Positions 15,230 to 23,965 of a stretch of DNA of 31,484 nt are shown piece by piece. The number at the start of each line of letters is the position of its first letter. Positions within the stretch are counted from its first letter, which is position 1. The DNA comes from Acidobacteriota bacterium (GTDB taxonomy: Bacteria > Acidobacteriota > Vicinamibacteria > Fen-336). Made by a program: the position numbers and the translations under genes. Under the pieces are notes generated by a model. It was not told the DNA's origin. It saw only the letters and a program-made list of their open reading frames with translations, and did no database searches. Location of the stretch: positions 1-31,484 of the forward strand of contig JACQGI010000006.1 of the NCBI GenBank assembly GCA_016199625.1, read 5' to 3'.

Positions 15230-16372
15230 TCAGCGGCCGCGGGGGCGACGGACCTTCCGCGGGCGGGGCGGGTGGCGCGGCGGGTCGGGGGCCAGGGTCT
15301 CGGGGGGCAGGGTCGAGGCCGTGAGGGGCTCGCTCCCCGGGGGCCGACGCGAGGGGACGTAGGGCCGCGAGAGCGGGGTGGCCGGCGTCTGCTCGCCGGC
15401 AAGCTGCGACCGGTCCACGGGCAGGGCCTCGCCGATGGGGATCAGCGTCGGCTCGATCACGGGGAAGTAGGCGGGGGCTTCGGGGGACGCTGGCTCCACA
15501 GCCGCCTCGGGGAACAAGCCGTAGACGTACTGCTTGAGGGTGAGGTTCGTGGGGCCGTAGCCCTTGTCGTAGAGGTAGTGCTCGCAGGCCTGGCCCATCT
15601 CGCCCGCGTTGGCGTAGCGCTTGGCCGGATCGCGCTGCAGCGCCTTGCGCAGGATCTCCATCACGCCGTCGGGGATGTCCGGGTTGAAGGCCCGGGGCGA
15701 AGGGGGGTGGCCCGCCACGACCTGCTCGAGGATGTCGGCCGTCGCCTTGCCCTGGAACAGCCGCTCCTTCGTCAGCATCTCGAACAGCACCGCCCCCAGG
15801 CTGAAGAGGTCGCTGCGGTTGTCCGCCCGCAGCTCCACGATCATCTCGGGGGCCATGTAGGCGGGCTTGCCGGTCAGGCTGGAGTCGCGGGTCCCGCTGC
15901 GGGTGGCGATGCCGAAGTCGATGAGCTTCACCGTCCCCTCGCGGGTCATCATGATGTTGCTGGGGCTGATGTCGCGGTGGACGATGGCCGACCGCTCGTA
16001 CACGTACTGCAGCGCCCGGCAGACCCGGCTCGCGATGAACACCGACAGCTCCACGTCGGGGAAGCGCTCGAGCTCGCGGTGGCGCTCGACGTACTCCACC
16101 AGGCTCCACCCGTCGATGTACTCGAGGATGATGCAGAGCCGCCCGTCCACCTCTTCGAAGTCGAAGATCCGTCCGATGTTCTCGTGATCGAGGACGGCGT
16201 ACCGGCGGGCCTCCTCGACGAAGAGCTTCACGTGGCCGGGCTCGTCGGCGTACTTGACCTGCTTGATGACCAGGGGGCGCTGGAAGCCGGCCTGGCCGAC
16301 GAGGAGCCCCTTGTAGACCTTTCCCATGCCGCCGGCGCCCAGCTCCTGCAGGATCGTGTACTTGGGCGGCAT
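15230..16372 (-). CDS. Ser/Thr protein kinase (Hanks-type) with Pro-rich C-terminal tail
   Basis: ATG at 16372. Motifs: GAGGMGKVYKG (Gly loop), VIK (K), HRDISPSNIMM (catalytic loop), DFG, APE. 381 aa with no TM segment. Confidence 0.85.
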   Translation of the reverse strand: MPPKYTILQELGAGGMGKVYKGLLVGQAGFQRPLVIKQVKYADEPGHVKLFVEEARRYAVLDHENIGRIFDFEEVDGRLCIILEYIDGWSLVEYVERHRELERFPDVELSVFIASRVCRALQYVYERSAIVHRDISPSNIMMTREGTVKLIDFGIATRSGTRDSSLTGKPAYMAPEMIVELRADNRSDLFSLGAVLFEMLTKERLFQGKATADILEQVVAGHPPSPRAFNPDIPDGVMEILRKALQRDPAKRYANAGEMGQACEHYLYDKGYGPTNLTLKQYVYGLFPEAAVEPASPEAPAYFPVIEPTLIPIGEALPVDRSQLAGEQTPATPLSRPYVPSRRPPGSEPLTASTLPPETLAPDPPRHPPRPRKVRRPRGR

Positions 16373-16419
16373 GGGGTCCACCCCCGAGGATGCCACAGTG
16401 TCGAGGCCCCCGCCGCGGG

Positions 16420-16447
16420 TGTCAAGCGGAAAGGCCCGCGCTTGACA
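16420..16447. promoter_or_regulatory. Inverted repeat TGTCAAGCG-N10-CGCTTGACA in the divergent kinase/ruvX intergenic region; each arm presents TTGACA toward one gene
   Basis: 9-bp perfect arms. Neither direction has a good -10 at 17 bp, so this may be an operator rather than, or as well as, paired -35 boxes. Confidence 0.4.
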
Positions 16448-16480
16448 GGCGCCACACGGAACGGGAGACTGGCTTTTTCC

Positions 16481-16945
16481 ATGCGCTATCTGGGCCTCGA
16501 CGTGGGCGACCGGACGATCGGCGTGGCGCTCTCCGACGAGACGGCGACCATCGCCGGCGGCCTCGCGACGCTGCGGCGCGTGGGCCCGCGCAAGGACCTG
16601 AAGGCGGTGGCGGAGCTGGTGCGTCGCCACGACGTGGGCGAGGTGGTCGTCGGCCTGCCACGCACCCTCGACGGCTCCGTCGGGCCCCAGGCACAGAAGG
16701 TCCTGGCCTTCATGGACGACCTCAAGCCGGTCGTCCGCGTCCCGGTGGTGCCCTGGGACGAGCGTTTCACGTCGGTGGTGGCCCAGCAGGTCCTCGTGGA
16801 GGGCCAGGTCTCCCGCCAGGGCCGCAAGGCCGTGGTCGACAAGGTCGCCGCGATCCTGATCCTCCAGAACTACCTCGACTACCGGAAGGTCGCGGACGCC
16901 GAGGCCAGTCCTCGCGAGGCGAGGGCGGGCAAGCCCACCCCCTGA
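16481..16945 (+). CDS. ruvX: Holliday-junction resolvase-like pre-16S rRNA nuclease YqgF
   Basis: 154 aa starting MRYLGLDVGDRTIGVALSD, with the ...VVGLP..DGS... blocks. Confidence 0.85.
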   Translation: MRYLGLDVGDRTIGVALSDETATIAGGLATLRRVGPRKDLKAVAELVRRHDVGEVVVGLPRTLDGSVGPQAQKVLAFMDDLKPVVRVPVVPWDERFTSVVAQQVLVEGQVSRQGRKAVVDKVAAILILQNYLDYRKVADAEASPREARAGKPTP

Positions 16946-16959
16946 GGCCCATTCCGGCC

Positions 16960-17964
16960 GTGCGCCGCCTCCTCGCCGCCGCAGCCCTCCTCGCGGTCCT
17001 CTACGTGGCCTGGTACCGCGAGACGCGAGGGCCCACGCGATCGGCCCACGCGCCCCCCGTGCCCCTCCTGGTCCCCCAGGGCGCCAGCGCGGCCGGCGTC
17101 GGCCGCCAGCTCCACGCCCTCGGCCTGGTCCGCCATCCGGCGATCTTCCGCGCTGTCGTCTTCCTGCGCGGCGACGGAGCGCGGCTCCGGGCGGGGGAGT
17201 ACTCCCTGGAGGGCCCGCTGTCCCTCGACCAGATCGTGGACCTGCTGGTGAAGGGGGAGGTGGCCCGCCGGGACGTCACGTTCCCCGAGGGGCGGAACCT
17301 CGTGGAGATGGCCGGTCTCGTCGAGGCGTACGGCGTCGACGGCGCGGCCTTCCTCGCGGCGTGCGGGGACCCCTCGGCGATCCGCGACCTGGATCCCGAA
17401 GCACCCGACCTCGAGGGCTACCTGTTCCCCGACACCTACGACGTCCCCCGCCGGGCCGACGCGGCCCCCGCCCTCGTGGCGCGCATGGTGGAGCGCTTCC
17501 GCCAGGTGCTGGCCCCCGAGCTCCCCGTGGTCGCGCAGGGCAGGATGACGCTCCGCGAGGTGGTGACCGTGGCTTCCCTCGTCGAGCTCGAAACGGCCCG
17601 GGGCGAGGAGCGGCCGCGGATCGCAGCGGTCTTCCTGAACCGCCTGAAGAAGAGGATGCTCCTCCAGACCGACCCGACGGTGATCTACGCCCTCAAGAAG
17701 GCCGGCACCTGGGACGGGAACATCCGCAAGAGAGACCTGGACCTGGACTCGCCCTACAACACCTACCGCCGCCCGGGGCTGCCCCCCGGCCCGATCGCGT
17801 CGCCGGGACGGGAGGCGCTCCTGGCCGTGCTGCACCCCGCACCGGTGAAGGACCTGTACTTCGTCAGCCGCAACGACGGCACCCACGAGTTCAACGAGAC
17901 CCTCGCGCAGCACGAACGGGCCGTGGACCGCTACCAGCGGCGACGCGGCCGGGGCGGGGCCTAG
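16960..17964 (+). CDS. mltG: Endolytic murein transglycosylase (YceG-like)
   Basis: The GTG start lies 14 nt after the ruvX stop. An N-terminal TM segment is followed by YceG blocks (EGYLFPDTYDVP, ASLVELET, TDPTVIYAL, YNTYRRPGLPPGPIASPG). Confidence 0.8.
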   Translation: MRRLLAAAALLAVLYVAWYRETRGPTRSAHAPPVPLLVPQGASAAGVGRQLHALGLVRHPAIFRAVVFLRGDGARLRAGEYSLEGPLSLDQIVDLLVKGEVARRDVTFPEGRNLVEMAGLVEAYGVDGAAFLAACGDPSAIRDLDPEAPDLEGYLFPDTYDVPRRADAAPALVARMVERFRQVLAPELPVVAQGRMTLREVVTVASLVELETARGEERPRIAAVFLNRLKKRMLLQTDPTVIYALKKAGTWDGNIRKRDLDLDSPYNTYRRPGLPPGPIASPGREALLAVLHPAPVKDLYFVSRNDGTHEFNETLAQHERAVDRYQRRRGRGGA

Positions 17965-17965
17965 G

Positions 17966-19750
17966 ATGGGCGTCCGCGCCCCCGAGGATCGATCCGGCGA
18001 GGACGTCGCACTGGTTCGCCGGGCTGGTGTCAGCGTCTTCCGGGGTTTCGCCGAGCCGTCGAAGGCTTCGGCGGTGGCACTGGCCCTCATCGTCTTCTTC
18101 CTCCTCGTCTCGAACGGCCGGCCGATCGACGCGGGGGACACGCGGGCCACGGAGCGCGTGGCCGCGAGCCTCGTGCAGGCGGGGGATCTCGACCTCGACG
18201 AGTACCCGGAGATCGAGCCGCCCTTCGCCCGCGAGGAGGGCGGCCGCCGCGTGTCGATCTATCCCGCGCTGCCCGCGATCCTGTCGGCTCCCGTCTTCGC
18301 CGTCTGCCGCGCGCTCTTCGCCCTCGACGAGACGGGAGCGGCCCTGGCGGGGAAGCTCGCGGCGTCGCTCTACTCCGCCGCGGCCGCCGCGGTCCTGTTC
18401 CTGGCCGTGGCCCGCCGCCGCGGCGACGGCGACGGCGTGGGGACGGCGTTCGTGTTCGCCCTGGGCACGTGCGTCTGGTCCACGAGCCAGGCTCTGTGGC
18501 AGCACCCGGTCGCCGTCTTCTTCCTCGGCCTGGCCTTACTGTGGTTGCTCCGTGCCGAGGAGGACGATGTCTGGGCCGGTCGCGCGGCGCTTCCCCTGGC
18601 CCTCGCCGTGGCCGCCCGCCACGCCGACTTGGCCCTGGCCGCCGTGGTCTCGATCGGAGCGGCCGTGCGCTGGCCGCGGCGGATCCCGCAGATGCTCGCC
18701 TGGGGGGCGCCCGGTGTCGCGTTCCTCCTCGCCTACCAGTGGGCCTACTTCGGCTCGCCCTTGCGCCACGGCTTCTCGGGGAGCCTGGGTCGCTTCTCCG
18801 AGCCCTGGGGACACGGGCACCTGGGTCTGCTCGTCTCCCCCGGCAAGGGGCTGTTGGTCTTCACTCCGGTGGTGATCGTCGCGGCCGTCGGCCTCGTGTC
18901 GGCACTGCGCAGCGGCGAAAAGTGGCTGGCCGGGACGCTCGGCGCCGGTGTCCTCGCCCACTGGCTGCTCATGGGACGCTGGGTCGAGTGGCACGGGGGC
19001 GAGAGCTGGGGGCCGCGCCTCATGACCGACGCGCTGCCGCTCCTGCTCCTCTTCCTGCCCGAGGGCCTCGACCGTCTGCCGACCTTCGGTCTCCTGACGG
19101 CGGTCCTGTCCGTGGGCATCCAGGTCCTCGGGGCCTTCTCCTACGACTACCGTTGGGAGCGGCTCCACCAGCGGCCTCCGATCGGCACGCACCCGGAGCT
19201 GTGGACGGTCGCGGACAGCCCGATCCTGTTCCACGCGGGCGAGCGTGTCGCGATCCTGGCGCTCCCGGCCGTTCGCGACGGCCGGGCCCACGTCCGCGAG
19301 CATCGCGTCGTCCCGTTCGGCCCGACGGGCTCGCGGATGAGCTTCGAGGGCGAGCGGCTCGCGCTGCGCGGGGCCGATCCCACCCTCGGCGACGTCCACC
19401 TGCTGAACGGCGCGCGTCTGGACGACGGCAAGCTCCGCCTCAAGGGGCGTTGGGACGGCTTGTTCCTCCGCGTCCTCCCCGGGGCGCGGATCCGGCCGTT
19501 GGAGCTGCGCATCGACGGGCGCGGGCGGGGGACGCTCTACGTGGGCGAGAAGACGTTCTGGAGCGAGAGCCCGCGCTGGACGACGTATCCCATGAACGGG
19601 TCGTTCCGCGTCCGGCACCCCTACCGTTTCGCCGAGTCCGGCGGGCCCGACGTCGTGGTGACGATCGGCAAGGCGGCGGGCGAGGCCGCGCTCGTCTCGG
19701 TGGCGCTCGTTCCCCCCGGCGAGCCCGAGAACGTGATCCAGGCGCCATAG
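17966..19750 (+). CDS. Polytopic membrane protein, GT-C-fold glycosyltransferase-like (ArnT/PMT GT39/83-like), with C-terminal soluble domain
   Basis: The ATG is 1 nt after the mltG stop. There are about 10 TM helices. A first-loop acidic motif AGDLDLDEY is shared with the gene at 19621..22248. Confidence 0.5.
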   Translation: MGVRAPEDRSGEDVALVRRAGVSVFRGFAEPSKASAVALALIVFFLLVSNGRPIDAGDTRATERVAASLVQAGDLDLDEYPEIEPPFAREEGGRRVSIYPALPAILSAPVFAVCRALFALDETGAALAGKLAASLYSAAAAAVLFLAVARRRGDGDGVGTAFVFALGTCVWSTSQALWQHPVAVFFLGLALLWLLRAEEDDVWAGRAALPLALAVAARHADLALAAVVSIGAAVRWPRRIPQMLAWGAPGVAFLLAYQWAYFGSPLRHGFSGSLGRFSEPWGHGHLGLLVSPGKGLLVFTPVVIVAAVGLVSALRSGEKWLAGTLGAGVLAHWLLMGRWVEWHGGESWGPRLMTDALPLLLLFLPEGLDRLPTFGLLTAVLSVGIQVLGAFSYDYRWERLHQRPPIGTHPELWTVADSPILFHAGERVAILALPAVRDGRAHVREHRVVPFGPTGSRMSFEGERLALRGADPTLGDVHLLNGARLDDGKLRLKGRWDGLFLRVLPGARIRPLELRIDGRGRGTLYVGEKTFWSESPRWTTYPMNGSFRVRHPYRFAESGGPDVVVTIGKAAGEAALVSVALVPPGEPENVIQAP

Positions 19751-22248
19751 GCGCGCAGGATCACCGGGACGACCCGGACGCCGCCGAGAGCGACGCCGTC
19801 GTCGGCCGGAAGGTGGAGGACGGCGTCCGCCGCCCCCCGCAGGTCGAGCTGCTGCGGTCCCCACTCGAGCCGGTCCTGCGGTTCCGGGTCCGGCCGCGAC
19901 AGGCGGACCTCCACGAAGCGCCCCGGTGGCGACTCGACCAGGAACGCCGCGGCGGCGCCCGCCAGCCGGAAGCCCGCCCCCTCGGGATCGCAGCGGTCCA
20001 CCGCCGTCACCGCCACACCGTCGCGCGCCACGCGATAGCGGTCCTCCTCGGCCTGGTGCGGCCAGGCGAACACGGTGCGGAGCGGCCGCGGCACGAGGGA
20101 CTCCGGCACGATGCGCACGGCGTCGATGCGGCCCCGGGCCTGAGCGCCCACGGCCGTGAAAACCATGCGACGCACCCCCGCGGGCAGCAGCAGGGGGAAC
20201 GCGACCCCGTCGCGGCCCCCCTCGAGGTAGAGGCGCTCGAGGAGCAGCGGGCCGGCGGCCAGCTCGACCCGCGTCGTCTTGACGCCCGGTGGGACGTCGA
20301 GGGCCGCGCCGCGCACGTCCACGCGGTACAGGCCGGGCGGCAGGTCCACCCGGCCCGAGGAACGGCGGTCGCCGGCCGCGAGCGTCCACGGCGCGCCGCG
20401 CAGCTCCAGCGGGACCGCCAGAGAGCGGAGCTCGAGGGGGCTCACGCCGAGGACCCGGTCCCCGTCGTAAGCCTCCAGGAGCCGTCTCGTGGCGAGGCGC
20501 CGGTCGATGAGCGGCGTGTCGCGCACGGCGCCGGCCACGAGGACGCAGGCGACGCCGCCGAAGAGGAGACCCCGCACGCCGCGAGCCCACGTCAGCGCCG
20601 CCGCACCGGCCAGGCTCGCCGCGACGAGGATCGCCGAGCCTCCGCCGAGGACGAAAGAGGGGAGCGCGGGGTCGAGGTCGAGGGCGGGGGCGAGGAAACG
20701 GAGGAGCGCGCTCTCGCCGTCGGCCCGGTTGTGCAAGGCCCGGGGCGCATCGGCTGCCAGGGTCACGATCGCGAGGCCCAGGCCCAGGAGCGCCGCCGAG
20801 GCATCCCGCCGCACCGGCAGCGCCGGCGCCAGGAGCACGGCCAGGGCCGGGAGCGCGGGGACGACGAAGCGGGCCGGCGGGCAGGCGCCCCCCCACCACA
20901 TGCTGAACGACGCGCCCACGGCCACGGTCGCGCCGCCGAGGAGCAGGGCGCGCATCGCGTCGCCCGGACGCCGCCGCCAGAGGAGCAGCGCGCCCGGCGC
21001 CGCCAGGGCCCAGAGCGGGCCGCCGGCGAGGAGGCCGAACTGCCGGTCGAGGAGCAGCGCGAGGACGCCCCAGGGAATGCGGGCGATCGAGACGTCGCCT
21101 GCGAAGCCGGGGCCGTAGGCCGCCGAGAGCGAGGCGCGGCCGTAGAACGCGTGGAAGAAGACGAGCAGAAGGGCCACCGACCCGACGAGGGCCGAGGCCG
21201 CCGCCGCCCGCGCCCGCCACGAGACCCGCCGGACGAGGGTGAGCACCAGGCCGAGGACCGCCAGGGGCAGGAACTTGGGGTGGAGCCAGGGGAGCACGGC
21301 CGCGGCCGCCGCGGCGGCCATGACGTGCAGCGTCCGGGGATCTCGTCGCGTCGTTCCGAGGAAGACCGCGGTGGCCAGGGCCGCGGGCGTCTCCGGGTAG
21401 ATGGCGAGGGCGTAGAAGGGCAGCGGCGGCGTGAGCACGAGGGCCGCCCAGGTCGCGAGGGCCACGCCCTCTCGTCCGGTGACGTCGCGCACGAGGCGAT
21501 GGACGAGGACTGCGGTGAGGGCCGCAACGAGCGACAGGAGGAGGCGCGCCGCGGGGTAGCCGCCGAGGGCGTACGCCGGGAGGATCAGGACGGCGAGGCC
21601 GGGGGTGTGGACGGGGTAGAGCCTGCCGGCAGGGCTCGCCGGAGACGTATGGGCCTCGAGACGTCCCGCGAAGAACGAGCGGTACTCGCGCCGGGCGAAC
21701 TCGTCGCCCAGGTCCAGGTCGCCGTCGGACGACAGGCTGTGGGCCATGGCGAGGTAGTGCGGCTCGTCGCCCTGCGGTCCTGCGGGTCCCGGAAGCCGCG
21801 TGGCGAGGAGCGCGAACGCCGCGAAGGCCGCGAGAAACAGCGCGCCGGGGCGCGGCCGCAGCGCTTCGAGGGTGCCGGAGCGGACCAGGGCCACCGCGAG
21901 GGCCGCTGTCCCTACGAGGACGAGCACCGGACCCTGGAACGCGATCAAAGGCACGAGGTGCCCGGTCAGGAGCGGCACGGCGGGCGCGGCAGCGAGGCCC
22001 AGGGCGAGGAGCGGCCGGTGCGTCGGTGCGGGCCGACGCGTGAGGATGAGCGCTGCGGCGAGGCCCGCCAGGGCCGCGAAGGCGATCTGCCCCGGCGTCG
22101 GCGGGTCGGTGACCCCGCGCCACGGGCCCGTGGCCGCGCCGCCCGACGTGGGCACCACGTGGACGAGCGTGTCGCGCAGGGCCAGCGGAAGCGCCACCGC
22201 CAGCGCGAGGGCCAGCCCCGCCGCGGCCGCGCGAAGGGCCGCCTTCAC
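19621..22248 (-). CDS. Polytopic membrane protein, GT-C-fold glycosyltransferase-like (GT39-like DE motif), paralog of 17966..19750
   Basis: I propose the GTG start at 22248, forming a GTGA overlap with the nadK stop. The motif GDEPHYLAMAHSLSSDGDLDLGDEF is followed by many TM helices and a C-terminal soluble domain. Its 3' end overlaps the convergent paralog by about 130 nt. Confidence 0.5.
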   Translation of the reverse strand: MKAALRAAAAGLALALAVALPLALRDTLVHVVPTSGGAATGPWRGVTDPPTPGQIAFAALAGLAAALILTRRPAPTHRPLLALGLAAAPAVPLLTGHLVPLIAFQGPVLVLVGTAALAVALVRSGTLEALRPRPGALFLAAFAAFALLATRLPGPAGPQGDEPHYLAMAHSLSSDGDLDLGDEFARREYRSFFAGRLEAHTSPASPAGRLYPVHTPGLAVLILPAYALGGYPAARLLLSLVAALTAVLVHRLVRDVTGREGVALATWAALVLTPPLPFYALAIYPETPAALATAVFLGTTRRDPRTLHVMAAAAAAAVLPWLHPKFLPLAVLGLVLTLVRRVSWRARAAAASALVGSVALLLVFFHAFYGRASLSAAYGPGFAGDVSIARIPWGVLALLLDRQFGLLAGGPLWALAAPGALLLWRRRPGDAMRALLLGGATVAVGASFSMWWGGACPPARFVVPALPALAVLLAPALPVRRDASAALLGLGLAIVTLAADAPRALHNRADGESALLRFLAPALDLDPALPSFVLGGGSAILVAASLAGAAALTWARGVRGLLFGGVACVLVAGAVRDTPLIDRRLATRRLLEAYDGDRVLGVSPLELRSLAVPLELRGAPWTLAAGDRRSSGRVDLPPGLYRVDVRGAALDVPPGVKTTRVELAAGPLLLERLYLEGGRDGVAFPLLLPAGVRRMVFTAVGAQARGRIDAVRIVPESLVPRPLRTVFAWPHQAEEDRYRVARDGVAVTAVDRCDPEGAGFRLAGAAAAFLVESPPGRFVEVRLSRPDPEPQDRLEWGPQQLDLRGAADAVLHLPADDGVALGGVRVVPVILRAYGAWITFSGSPGGTSATETSAASPAALPIVTTTSGPPDSAKR

Positions 22249-23141
22249 GACCGGCGGACGGGGTTCGACTCCCCCCACTTGAGCTTGGTGCGGAGCAGCT
22301 CGAAGTAGTCGCGCGACGGTGCCTTCACGAGCCGGAGCGTACGCGGGCTGCGCGTGACGACGACCGTGTCCCCGGGGGCGAGGGCGAAGCCCTGCTGGCC
22401 GTCGAGGGTCACGTAGACCTCGACGTCGTGGGTGTGGAGGCGGACGCGGATCTCGGCCTCGTCGCTGACTACCAGCGGGCGGTTCGAGAGCATGTGGGGG
22501 CAGATGGGCGTCAGCACGACGGCGGGGAGCGTGGGGTAGAGGATCGGCCCGCCCGCGGCGAGGTTGTACGCCGTCGAGCCCGTAGTCGACGAGACGATCA
22601 GGCCGTCCGCGCGGAACGCCGAGACGAACAGCCCGTCCACGGTCACGTCCAGCTCGATGATCCTCGAGACGACCGCGGCCTTGGTCACGACCACGTCGTT
22701 GAGCGCGTCGCCCGTGGCGTCCGGCTGGCCGGTGCGCTGGATGACCGCGCGCAGCATCCGGCGCTCCTCGTAGGCGTACGTGCCTGCGAGGACGCCCTCG
22801 AGGGACGGATACAGCTCCGGAAGGGCGATCTCGGTCAGGAAGCCCAGGCTCCCGAAGTTCACGCCGACGACCGGCGTCGCATCGCGGGCGACGAGGTGAC
22901 TCGCGCGGAGCAGGGTGCCGTCGCCGCCGAGGACCACGAGGGCGTCGGCCTGCTCCGCCACCGCGCGCCCGTCGGTCACGGTGCAGGCCGCCGGGGGGCC
23001 CTCGAGCAGGGCCGCCGTGCGCTCCTCGAGACAGGCGCGGACGTGACGACCCTGGAGCCAGGTGACGAGCTCGCGGAGGACGGGGCCTGCGCCCGTCAGC
23101 TCGGGGCGCGCGAGGATGCCGACAGTGCGGATGGCTGTCAT
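22245..23141 (-). CDS. nadK: NAD+ kinase
   Basis: 298 aa with GGDGT and NxGxLGFL motifs. The ATG overlaps the tlyA stop as ATGA. Confidence 0.9.
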   Translation of the reverse strand: MTAIRTVGILARPELTGAGPVLRELVTWLQGRHVRACLEERTAALLEGPPAACTVTDGRAVAEQADALVVLGGDGTLLRASHLVARDATPVVGVNFGSLGFLTEIALPELYPSLEGVLAGTYAYEERRMLRAVIQRTGQPDATGDALNDVVVTKAAVVSRIIELDVTVDGLFVSAFRADGLIVSSTTGSTAYNLAAGGPILYPTLPAVVLTPICPHMLSNRPLVVSDEAEIRVRLHTHDVEVYVTLDGQQGFALAPGDTVVVTRSPRTLRLVKAPSRDYFELLRTKLKWGESNPVRRS

Positions 23142-23965
23142 GGACGTGAACCCTCCACCGCTCCTCCGACGAGGGCGTCGATCTCGACCGCGGGGCGCCC
23201 GGGCCCCCCCGGCCGGAGGTGCAGGAAGAACTCGCGATTGCCCTCGGCGCCCGCGAGGGGCGAGGCGCACGCCCCGAGGACCGCCCAGCCTCCGTCCCGC
23301 GCCCCGTGCGCCGCGTCGCGCAGCGCCCGCCGGTGCAGGTCCGGATCGGACACGACGCCGCCCCGTCCGACCTGCTCCCGGCCCACCTCGAACTGGGGCT
23401 TCACGAGCACCAGGGCATCCGCCCCCGGCCCGAGGACGCCGCGCAGCGCCGGCAGGATCTTGAGCACCGAGATGAAGGAGACGTCCACGACCGCGAAGCC
23501 GCACGCCTCCGGGACCTCGCGCGCCGAGAGGCGCCGGGCGTTGACGCGCTCGAGGACGACCACGCGAGGATCGCTGCGGAGGCGCTCGTGGATCTGGCCG
23601 TGGCCCACGTCCACCGCGTAGACCCGCGCCGCGCCCCGCGCGAGCAGCGTCTCGGTGAAGCCGCCGGTCGAGGCGCCCACGTCGACGGCCACGCGCCCCT
23701 CGGGGGAAAGCCCCAGGGCGTCGAGGGCCCCGGCGAGCTTCACGGCCCCGCGCCCGACGTGCTCCGGCCCCGCGAGGACCTCGACGGCCGCGGTGGGACC
23801 CACGGCAGCGCCGGCCTTCGCCGCGGGAGAGCCGTCGACGCGGACGCGGCCCGCCATCACCAGGGCCTGGGCCTTCTCCCGCGACTCGGCGAGGCCGTGC
23901 TCCACGAGCCAGACGTCGAGGCGGAGTCGCGAGCGCTGGCCGCCTCGGGGAGACGGAGACCTCAC
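23138..23965 (-). CDS. tlyA: TlyA-family rRNA 2'-O-methyltransferase (hemolysin A-like), S4 domain + FtsJ-like MTase
   Basis: RLDVWLVEHGLAESREKAQALVMAGRV (S4 domain), then VAVDVGASTGGFT (SAM motif I). The GTG start overlaps the ispA stop as GTGA. Confidence 0.85.
   Translation of the reverse strand: MRSPSPRGGQRSRLRLDVWLVEHGLAESREKAQALVMAGRVRVDGSPAAKAGAAVGPTAAVEVLAGPEHVGRGAVKLAGALDALGLSPEGRVAVDVGASTGGFTETLLARGAARVYAVDVGHGQIHERLRSDPRVVVLERVNARRLSAREVPEACGFAVVDVSFISVLKILPALRGVLGPGADALVLVKPQFEVGREQVGRGGVVSDPDLHRRALRDAAHGARDGGWAVLGACASPLAGAEGNREFFLHLRPGGPGRPAVEIDALVGGAVEGSRP

Noticed and set aside
18469-22308. 1279-aa plus-strand ORF and 1195-aa minus-strand ORF (18536..22123) spanning the GT-C gene region
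   Set aside because: The translations are Arg/Gly/Pro/Glu-rich low-complexity sequence typical of out-of-frame or antisense reading of high-GC coding DNA. The hydrophobic, TM-rich minus-frame ORF 19621..22248 is the real gene.
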